Positions 47,407-55,014 of a stretch of DNA of 64,000 bases are shown one piece after another. How positions within the stretch are numbered: position 1 is the first letter of the stretch; each line of letters begins with the position of its first letter. The position numbers and the translations under genes were made by a program. The notes under the pieces were generated by a model. It had not been told where the DNA came from, made no database searches, and saw only the letters and a program-made list of their open reading frames with translations. The stretch spans positions 5,162 through 69,161 of the forward strand of contig JAUSKU010000076.1 of assembly GCA_030646755.1 (NCBI GenBank), given 5' to 3'. The stretch comes from Deltaproteobacteria bacterium. Its GTDB lineage: Bacteria; Desulfobacterota; JAENJC01.

Positions 47407-48072
47407 ATGATAAAAGTACGGTTTTTTGCGGTCATCAAAGAACGATTAGGAAAGGAAGATATCTCTCTTGACCTATCTAAAGGGAGTGTGGCTGAAATAA
47501 TAAGGGCCATAGGAGAGGAGTTCCCAAATTTTGAATCTGTGTTGAAGAGCTTCAATGCAATGATAGCGGTAAATCACGAGATGGCGGATATGGACACTAT
47601 CGTAAAGGATGGAGACGAAGTGGCCTTTATCCCTCCCTTTTCTGGGGGCGAAGGGATGGTCAGGATACAAGAAGGGAACTTTTCCTTAGATGAGGAGATA
47701 GAAAGGGTCAAAAAAAGTTCAAAGAGGATCGGCGGAATTGCCGTGTTCCTGGGAACCGCCAGGGATCTCTCAAAAGGTAAGGACATAAGTGGCCTTTCCT
47801 TCGAACATTACCCGGTGATGGCAGATAGAAAGCTCAATGAGATTAGGGAACGGGCAATAAAGGAATTTGGAGTCATAGAGGTCTCCATAGTCCACAGGAC
47901 AGGTAAAATAGGGATAGGCGAAAACATTGTCCTCATAGTTGCCGCAGCAGAGCACAGGAAAGAGGCATTTAAGGCCTGCGAATTCACTATTGATGAACTT
48001 AAAAGGATTACCCCCATCTGGAAAAAGGAAACTACCATAAGCGGTGAGGAATGGGTTGAGCAACACCCATAG
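47407..48072 (+). CDS. moaDE: molybdopterin synthase MoaD-MoaE fusion
   Basis: The N-terminal ~80 aa are a ubiquitin-like MoaD ending in GG (IPPFSGG). The C-terminal ~140 aa are MoaE. Confidence 0.8.
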   Translation: MIKVRFFAVIKERLGKEDISLDLSKGSVAEIIRAIGEEFPNFESVLKSFNAMIAVNHEMADMDTIVKDGDEVAFIPPFSGGEGMVRIQEGNFSLDEEIERVKKSSKRIGGIAVFLGTARDLSKGKDISGLSFEHYPVMADRKLNEIRERAIKEFGVIEVSIVHRTGKIGIGENIVLIVAAAEHRKEAFKACEFTIDELKRITPIWKKETTISGEEWVEQHP

Positions 48073-48080
48073 TTTAATGT

Positions 48081-48176
48081 CATCCCCTCCCCTGGCGGGA
48101 GGGGATGAAGGGGAGGGGGAATTTTAGCATGACAGTTCACCCCCACCCCAACCCTCCCCCGTCAAGAGGGAGGGAG
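48081..48176. repeat. G-rich palindromic MITE-like element, copy 3, intergenic, ordered module B then A
   Basis: catcccctcccctggcgggaggggatgaaggggaggggg ... cacccccaccccaaccctcccccgtcaagagggaggg. Confidence 0.6.
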
Positions 48177-48194
48177 TAATTGCAGGAGGCTAAT

Positions 48195-48434
48195 ATGGCT
48201 GAAAAAAAGATCTGTCCCACATGCGGCCAGGTTATCAAGGAAAAGAAGGGCGGATTAATCCTGCCTATCATAATCGGAACTGTTATCTGGTTATTAATTA
48301 CAATTGCATTTAATCAATACTACTTTGCAGGCTCTGGGTTCTGGGACACTATGCCTCTAATACACCTGTTTTTCGGTGTTCTCCTCGGCATAACCAACGG
48401 CCTTATTGTGGGCTTAATAATGAGGAAAAAATAA
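48195..48434 (+). CDS. small zinc-ribbon (CPTCG) membrane protein; hypothetical
   Basis: MAEKKICPTCGQ plus two TM helices. Confidence 0.4.
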   Translation: MAEKKICPTCGQVIKEKKGGLILPIIIGTVIWLLITIAFNQYYFAGSGFWDTMPLIHLFFGVLLGITNGLIVGLIMRKK

Positions 48435-48444
48435 AGAAACCTTT

Positions 48445-48924
48445 ATGCGTAAGAAGCTGCTGTATCTGATATTGTTGCTCTTATTAACATATGGATGTAA
48501 GGGCAAGGAGGTCGTAGGCACAACTGCTGTTGATTTTGTTCTTGAGGGGATCAGCGGAGGACAGATTACATACTCAGAACTAAAAGGCAGGCCTGTACTC
48601 CTTTACTTTTTTGCATCCTGGTGAGTACGCTGCAAAGACGAACTCCCTCTGGTCGAGAGGGCATATAAAAACCATAAAGATAAAGGGTTGCAGATAATAG
48701 GGATCGGCTTCCAGGACACAAGGGAAAATATCAGAAATTATGCTAATGAAAATAAACTCCCATATCCTGTAGCATACGATGACGAGAACAAAGTTGCCTC
48801 CTCTTACGGCCTTCCGTACGGTGCCGGCGTTATATTTATATCAAAGGACGGGATCGTGACAGGCAGGTTCAGAAGCGGCTTCACGGAACCTGACTTCGAA
48901 AAAGAACTGAAAAAGATGCTATGA
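48445..48924 (+). CDS. thioredoxin-fold (TlpA/ResA-like) thiol:disulfide oxidoreductase selenoprotein with a UxxC redox motif; in-frame UGA at 48622..48624
   Basis: ATG at 48445 gives signal peptide MRKKLLYLILLLLLTYGC, then ...PVLLYFFASW-U-VRC... It continues in the same frame as ORF-track 48688..48924. A hairpin ccctct-GGUCG-agaggg lies 21 nt downstream of the UGA as a SECIS candidate. Confidence 0.6.
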
Positions 48925-50435
48925 AAAAAATCCTATTTATAACCCCCCCATACCATGCAGGCGTAGTAGAAGTTGCCGGCCGCTGGGTCCCGCTGAACAT
49001 GGTCTATATCGCGGCTGCTGCAAGAGAAGCCGGCCTTGAGGCCCATATCTATGATGCCATGACCAAGGGCGTCGGACATGCCGAGATAGAGGCAAAGATA
49101 AGGGAGCTTCAGCCTGATTACGTTGCAACTACTGCCATAACCTGCACATCCCCCGACGCCTTAAAGGTAATTGAGACTGCCAAAAGGGTGAACCCGAAGA
49201 TAGTCACTATAATAGGCGGGATACACTCAACCTTTATGTATAATGAGATGTTTGATCTCTCCAAAGGGAATCTCGACTTTATAGTAAGAGGAGAGGGAGA
49301 CATAACTGTTAGAGAACTCCTTGCCACCATTGAAGCAGGCGGAGACCTTAACGATGTCCGCGGCATAGCCTACAAAAAAGGTGACAAGATAATAAAGACA
49401 CCGGGACGTCCCCTGATGCCTGCATCAGAGCTTGATAGCCTTCCCCAGGCGTGGGACCTGTTGGATTGGGAAGATTACGTTTATTTCATACTCCCGAAGT
49501 CAAGGCTCGGCGCGATAGCTACCTCAAGAGGTTGCGACAAGGATTGCACCTTCTGCTCCCAGAGGATTTTCTGGGAGAAGTCGTGGAGGGGAAGGAGTCC
49601 GGATTCTCTCATTAAAGAGATAGAGCTCCAGCACCTCAAATACGGTGTAAATGTAATCCTTCTGACTGACGACTATCCTACCCTCGACAGGAATAGGTGG
49701 GAAACCTTCCTGGACATGCTGATTGAAAAAAACTGGCCGATATACCTCCTTATGGAGACAACGGTTGGAGACATCATCAGGGACAGAGACATCTTAACAA
49801 AATATAGAAAGGCGGGGATTATACATATCTACGTCGGAACCGAATCTGTCAGCCAGGAGACCCTTGATTTAATAAAGAAGGATGTCAAGGTTGATGAGTC
49901 GAGGGAGGCGCTCCGGCTGCTGAACGAACACGGGATCATAACTGAAACCTCCATGATCCTCGGCTTCCCTTCGGAGACAAAAAAGTCTATTGAAGATACG
50001 CTGGTATTGGCAAAAGAATACAACCCAGACTTCTGCCATTTCCTTGCCATAGCGCCATGGCCTTATGCAGACATATATGCTGAACTGGAGAGGTATATTG
50101 TTGTCAAAGACTACAAACGCTATAACCTCATAGACCCTATAATAAAGCCGGAAAAGATGACCTTGGAAGAGATAGACCAGGCCATAGTTGACTGCTACAG
50201 GGATTTCTATATGGGGAAGATGCATGAAATAATGGGATTGAAGGACCAGTTCAAGAGAGAATACCTCCTTACCTCAATGAAGCTCATGATGAACTCTTCA
50301 TTCCTTATAAAGAAGCTTGGCCACATGGAAGGAATGCCAGAGGAAATGAGGCTCAGGATGTCATCCGGGGCCGCGGCCCATGGAGAGATGGTTGCTATGA
50401 ACAAAGACCTTTTGAAGGAGAGGATTAATAAATGA
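48921..50435 (+). CDS. B12-binding domain radical SAM enzyme (class B), fourth copy in the window
   Basis: MKKILFITPPYHAG... cobalamin-binding domain; SRGCDKDCTFC. ATGA overlap with the selenoprotein stop. Confidence 0.8.
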   Translation: MKKILFITPPYHAGVVEVAGRWVPLNMVYIAAAAREAGLEAHIYDAMTKGVGHAEIEAKIRELQPDYVATTAITCTSPDALKVIETAKRVNPKIVTIIGGIHSTFMYNEMFDLSKGNLDFIVRGEGDITVRELLATIEAGGDLNDVRGIAYKKGDKIIKTPGRPLMPASELDSLPQAWDLLDWEDYVYFILPKSRLGAIATSRGCDKDCTFCSQRIFWEKSWRGRSPDSLIKEIELQHLKYGVNVILLTDDYPTLDRNRWETFLDMLIEKNWPIYLLMETTVGDIIRDRDILTKYRKAGIIHIYVGTESVSQETLDLIKKDVKVDESREALRLLNEHGIITETSMILGFPSETKKSIEDTLVLAKEYNPDFCHFLAIAPWPYADIYAELERYIVVKDYKRYNLIDPIIKPEKMTLEEIDQAIVDCYRDFYMGKMHEIMGLKDQFKREYLLTSMKLMMNSSFLIKKLGHMEGMPEEMRLRMSSGAAAHGEMVAMNKDLLKERINK

Positions 50436-52363
50436 TCTCCCAAAGAACCCGTCTCATCCTCTTGACTTTATCCGCCATAATCCCCTTTTTTATATATCTG
50501 CTTACCGTTGCCCCGACCGTGGTCTTTTTTGACTCCGGGGAACTCATAACAAGCTCTTTCCTTGTCTCCCCGGCTCATCCTCCGGGATATCCGCTGTATG
50601 TAATGATGGGTAAATTTGCGACCTTTCTCCCCTTTGGCAGTGTAGCATATAAGGTCAACATCATGGCGGCCTTTTTCAGCTCCCTCGCTGTCATGACAGT
50701 CTTCCTGATAACCTCTCAAGTCATAAAGGACCTTCAGGTTTCCGAGACGCTGAGAAGGTATCAAGAGCTGATTTCGTTCGCAACGGCTATAACATTTGCC
50801 TTCTCTTACAGCCTGTGGAATCAGGCTATCATCGCAGAGGTTTACCCGCTCAATACCTTTATAACCGGACTTCTCATATATATTCTTTTATCGTGGAGGG
50901 ACAAAGCCCAGGAAATTAAGAAGATGAGAAGATGGGAAGATGGGAACCTCTCAACCTCTCAACCTCTCAATTTCTCAACTTCTCAACTTAATGATTCACG
51001 TCTTTTGTATTTAGTTTGCTTCCTGTTCGGGCTCGGCCTCGGCAATCACCATACCCTTCTTGTCATATTGCCTATTATCTTTCTGGTTGTGGCCGTGACA
51101 AACTGGCGCCTACTCTTTGATGCAAAGGCTTGGAGTATTTCCCTGGCATTCTTCATGCTCGGTCTTTCGGTATATATATTCCTTCCTTTGCGGGCCCTGC
51201 AAAACCCGGAACTCAACTGGGGAGACCCGGACACCATATCCAAATTAAAATGGGTCATATTCAGGGAAGGGTATCCAAAAGGAGAGCTATCCCGTCCCTG
51301 GGGTCTCTTCTGGCAGCAGGCGAAGACCTTTGACATAATCTATGAGTTTAGCGGCGCGGGCCTCCTTATGGGGTGCCTGGGAATAATAGCCTATATCATA
51401 AAAAAACCGATGGAGGTCCTCATAACAGTATCGGTAATCCTGATTTTAAGCCTCGGTATCATCATTTACGGGAACCCCATCCCCGAGAATGTCTTTCTAA
51501 TAGAATCCTTTCACACACCCTCCTATATGATATTTTCCGTCTGGATAGGGGCAGGGATGTTTTTCCTCCTCAGTCTCATTTATAGATTTGCCGGAAAAGT
51601 TTTTGAATCAAAGGTGATGACAGCGGTATTGGCTGTATTGATCATACTCCTTCCAACCTCGCTCTGTGCATACTTTTATCCATGGAACGACAGAAGTGAT
51701 GATTTCATTGCTTATGATTACGCACAGAACGAGCTTGCCACCATGCCGTCGAACTCCGTACTCTTCACATGGGGTGACAGCGGCGCTTTCCCTCTCTGGT
51801 ACGCCCAGATGGTGGAGAGGTTCCAGCCTAGCGTTTTGCTGATACATACCCCGCACCTGTCTACAAAGTGGTATATAGACGAATTACCGGATTCCGTAAG
51901 GCTGGGACAGCTTCAATGGATACAGAAAGATGACCTTTATGCTGAGGCAGTCTTCATGATAATGCTTAGGGAAAATTACGGAAACTACCCGCTCTATATT
52001 GACTATTCCACCAGATATTCTGTGCCGGTAGAGGGTTATGCATCAATCCCCCAGGGCCTTGTCTATGAACTTAGCACAGATTCCATGAAAATGACTGATA
52101 TCAATATGTGGGGTAAGTATGCCATGAGGGGGATATACAAAAAAGACCCATACAGGGATCTTGATACAGGGAAGGCGGTATCCATATACGCCAACACACT
52201 CTTTGATGTAGGGAACCATCTCCTCAGGCTTGGATACTCGGATGAGGCCTATACCCAGTTTGGAGAGGCGGCAAAGATAAGCCCGGGGTTGAAACAGCAG
52301 GTAAGAGAGATAATGTTCGGCCAGCCTGAAAAGCCTGAGGGAAAGCCTGAGGGGCATCCATGA
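50432..52363 (+). CDS. DUF2723 (TMEM260-like) polytopic membrane protein, putative GT-C glycosyltransferase
   Basis: VVFFDSGELITSSFLVSPAHPPGYPLY matches the DUF2723 N-terminal signature. Confidence 0.7.
   Translation: MISQRTRLILLTLSAIIPFFIYLLTVAPTVVFFDSGELITSSFLVSPAHPPGYPLYVMMGKFATFLPFGSVAYKVNIMAAFFSSLAVMTVFLITSQVIKDLQVSETLRRYQELISFATAITFAFSYSLWNQAIIAEVYPLNTFITGLLIYILLSWRDKAQEIKKMRRWEDGNLSTSQPLNFSTSQLNDSRLLYLVCFLFGLGLGNHHTLLVILPIIFLVVAVTNWRLLFDAKAWSISLAFFMLGLSVYIFLPLRALQNPELNWGDPDTISKLKWVIFREGYPKGELSRPWGLFWQQAKTFDIIYEFSGAGLLMGCLGIIAYIIKKPMEVLITVSVILILSLGIIIYGNPIPENVFLIESFHTPSYMIFSVWIGAGMFFLLSLIYRFAGKVFESKVMTAVLAVLIILLPTSLCAYFYPWNDRSDDFIAYDYAQNELATMPSNSVLFTWGDSGAFPLWYAQMVERFQPSVLLIHTPHLSTKWYIDELPDSVRLGQLQWIQKDDLYAEAVFMIMLRENYGNYPLYIDYSTRYSVPVEGYASIPQGLVYELSTDSMKMTDINMWGKYAMRGIYKKDPYRDLDTGKAVSIYANTLFDVGNHLLRLGYSDEAYTQFGEAAKISPGLKQQVREIMFGQPEKPEGKPEGHP
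50919..50998. repeat. eight consecutive 8-bp units (aagatgRg x3, aacctctc x3, aatttctc, aacttctc) inside the DUF2723 CDS
   Basis: Direct reading of 50919..50998; it encodes KMRRWEDGNLSTSQPLNFSTSQLN. Confidence 0.5.
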
Positions 52364-53226
52364 AGATAACCGGGGAAACGAAGGTCATTGGAATCTTCGG
52401 ATATCCGGTCAGACACTCCCTGTCACCTTTGATGCAAAATGCTGCCTTAATGGACCTTGGGCTAAATTACATCTATCTGCCATTTGAGGTAAGACCTGAA
52501 CAACTTGAGACTGCTATAAAAGGAATCAGAGCCCTCGGAATATCCGGCGTAAATATTACTATCCCTCACAAAGAGAAGGTGATCCCTTTCCTCGATGAGG
52601 TGACAGAAGAGGCATCTCTCATAGGCTCCGTCAACACCATAGAAAACAAGAATGGCAAGTTGATAGGACATAACACCGACTCCATGGGATATATAAGGTC
52701 TCTTCGTGAAGACGGGGGTTTCGAACCCAGAGGGAAGAATATATTAGTCATAGGAGCAGGCGGGGCTGCCAGGGGGATAATAGCCGGCCTGTCAATGAAT
52801 GATGTATCGGTTATTTTTATCGCCAACCGGACTGTGGAAAAAGGAAAGGCCCTCGCTGAGGAGTTTAAAAATAAATTCAGACAGATAAATTTTTCCGCCC
52901 TCCCCCTCTCATCCCTTAAAGATCCTGAGATCCTTTCTCAAGTCGACTTAGTAGTTAACGCCACTTCCATGGGGCTGGAAGAAGGTGCCCCGGACGTCGA
53001 ATTTTCATTAACCCCTCCGCATACCCTTGTTTCAGATATAATCTATAAGCCGGCAGTGACACCTTTTTTAAAGAAGGCCCAGGATGCCGGACGCAAGACA
53101 TTAGGCGGCCTTGGGATGCTCGTATACCAAGGGGCTATAAGCCTTGAGATATGGACGTCTCAAAAAGCGAAGGTTGAAGTGATGAGGAATTCCCTTACGC
53201 CTTTCCTCGCTCCTTGCAAATCTTGA
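52360..53226 (+). CDS. aroE: shikimate dehydrogenase
   Basis: GIFGYPVRHSLSPLMQNAA; NTD..G; GAGGAARG Rossmann motif. Confidence 0.85.
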   Translation: MKITGETKVIGIFGYPVRHSLSPLMQNAALMDLGLNYIYLPFEVRPEQLETAIKGIRALGISGVNITIPHKEKVIPFLDEVTEEASLIGSVNTIENKNGKLIGHNTDSMGYIRSLREDGGFEPRGKNILVIGAGGAARGIIAGLSMNDVSVIFIANRTVEKGKALAEEFKNKFRQINFSALPLSSLKDPEILSQVDLVVNATSMGLEEGAPDVEFSLTPPHTLVSDIIYKPAVTPFLKKAQDAGRKTLGGLGMLVYQGAISLEIWTSQKAKVEVMRNSLTPFLAPCKS

Positions 53227-53268
53227 ATCAGATGTTAAACTAATTAAAAATATCTAAAGGAGACCCGT

Positions 53269-53508
53269 ATGCCAAAGAAAACTGAAGAAAAAAAGGAAAC
53301 GGCAGGCCGCTTAGGCGTTCCGCCTGTTAGAGAAACCTACCAGGAGATGAAGGGGAGCAAGAAGGTTGAGGATGAGGTAGAAAAAAGGGAAAGAAGAAGA
53401 GAGGAAAAGGTACACGAGCATCTGGAACATGAGAAGGTGAAGGGTTACAAAGAACACCTCCCTCCTGTTGAAGACCGGATAAAGACAGAGCGCCCTCCAT
53501 TTAAATAG
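53269..53508 (+). CDS. small highly charged (K/E/R-rich) hypothetical protein
   Basis: ATG with a GGAGA RBS; 79 aa; low complexity. The coding status is uncertain. Confidence 0.3.
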   Translation: MPKKTEEKKETAGRLGVPPVRETYQEMKGSKKVEDEVEKRERRREEKVHEHLEHEKVKGYKEHLPPVEDRIKTERPPFK

Positions 53509-53524
53509 AGGCAGAGGTATAAAA

Positions 53525-53572
53525 GTAAAGGTAGAGGTAGAGAAATTCCTTTACCTTTACCTTTACCTTTAC
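53525..53572. terminator. hairpin built from (CTTTAC)4 and its inverted complement between convergent genes
   Basis: gtaaaggtagaggtagag aaattc ctttacctttacctttacctttacc. Confidence 0.4.
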
Positions 53573-54445
53573 CTAATGAGACTTGAAGTCAATATCAAAG
53601 ACATGATATGTGCTTCCCGGCGGGAAGTAGATAAGTCCCCAGTAAGAAACAACTGCGGTTAAGAATGCGACAATGGCAAGGTTCGCCCCCCTCCTCCCCT
53701 TCCAGCCGTAGAATAGCCTCATGTGTATCGCAAGGCCATACGCAAGCCATGTGATGAGAGACGTGGAATTAACCAGGTCCCACTGCCACCATGTTCCGAA
53801 CAGGATCGAGGAATAGTAAGAACCGAGGGCAAACATCACTGTATGGGTTATAAAACCGAGATTGATGTAACGGAAGATGAGGTCATCCAAAACTTCAGGT
53901 CCCAGGTTTTGCTTTCCCCTGGCCACTGACCACTGACCACTGACCACTAATAAATAAACCCCTGCCAAACAAGCAGCCGCAGTATAACTCCCAAAGGCCA
54001 CCCATGAAAACAGGGCATGAAAGTCAACCCAAAGGCTCCTCTCTGATATGGTCAATGGTATTCTCTCCGTCTTGAATGTAAGACCGTAAAAGATTATGAG
54101 TGACGCAATAGGAACGGTTGTTAAAATAAGTAACCTGAAATGTCCATGGATAGACCTGTAAGAAAATGCAGTGTAAAGAAGCATAAACCACGACCCTGCC
54201 AGTGCCGCCTCGTAAGTGCCAAATACTGGAGGGTGCCCTATCCCATACCAGCGGATGCCGGCTGATGTGGCTTGGAAGAACAGGCCTGTCGTCAACATCA
54301 AAGCTGACAACCTTGCCTGTAACATCATCGCTGATATAAGGGATACCGAATATAAAAAGATACTCCCAATAAGAAACCAGAACTCTATTCCGCTCACTGC
54401 GCCACCTCTCCCGCGACTATCATCTGAATAATGAGCCTCTTGCAA
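53573..54445 (-). CDS. ccsA: cytochrome c assembly protein, CcsA/ResC family
   Basis: Tryptophan-rich WWD heme-handling motif FGTWWQWDLV; polytopic. Confidence 0.75.
   Translation of the reverse strand: MQEAHYSDDSRGRGGAVSGIEFWFLIGSIFLYSVSLISAMMLQARLSALMLTTGLFFQATSAGIRWYGIGHPPVFGTYEAALAGSWFMLLYTAFSYRSIHGHFRLLILTTVPIASLIIFYGLTFKTERIPLTISERSLWVDFHALFSWVAFGSYTAAACLAGVYLLVVSGQWSVARGKQNLGPEVLDDLIFRYINLGFITHTVMFALGSYYSSILFGTWWQWDLVNSTSLITWLAYGLAIHMRLFYGWKGRRGANLAIVAFLTAVVSYWGLIYFPPGSTYHVFDIDFKSH
53921..53948. repeat. (CCACTGA)3.5 heptanucleotide tandem repeat (GTGGTCA on the coding strand) inside ccsA
   Basis: ccactgaccactgaccactgaccacta encodes VVSGQWSVA. A related GTGGTCAG motif occurs at 20148..20180 and 20422..20466. 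Confidence 0.5.
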
Positions 54446-54941
54446 AAGTCCTTAACCACAGGACACAGAAAAAATAATAAATAAGGAGAAAGGGTGAAAA
54501 TGGAGAAAAGGAGAGGATACATATCAGTTACAAAGTTTCTACCTTTCCCCAATTTCTCCATTTCTCCTAAATCTCCAGGGCCTCTGTGTTTTGAATAGTT
54601 TTGCAATTAGCTTTTAATGATAACATCAAATCCCGGTCTTTTGAACTACAAAGTCAAAAGTCATTACTTTGACATCTAAGTTCTGCAATTGGCCGCAGAT
54701 GCACGCAGATAAACGCAGCTACCAACAGTAGGTGCTTCTAAGCAAAACCAACAGTTATTGTTTGTAATGATTTCACCCAAAAGGTGAGTATTGTTTTTTG
54801 TTTAAGTCTTTGAAATATCAGTGCAAATCCGTGTAAATCTGTGGCTAAATGCTTTTTTAGGTGACATATAAATTGCAAAAGCGTTCACGTTTGCATGGTG
54901 CATAGTTTACAAATATATACCACCATCTTTAACGATTTTCA

Positions 54942-54970
54942 TTGACACAATTATATCTAATTGATATAAA
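54942..54970 (+). promoter_or_regulatory. sigma70-like promoter for the 55015 gene
   Basis: TTGACA (54942..54947), 17-bp spacer, TATAAA (54965..54970). Confidence 0.45.
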
Positions 54971-55014
54971 GATATTATCACTTTGTTGTTTTTCCCAAAA
55001 AACGAGGCAAAGGA

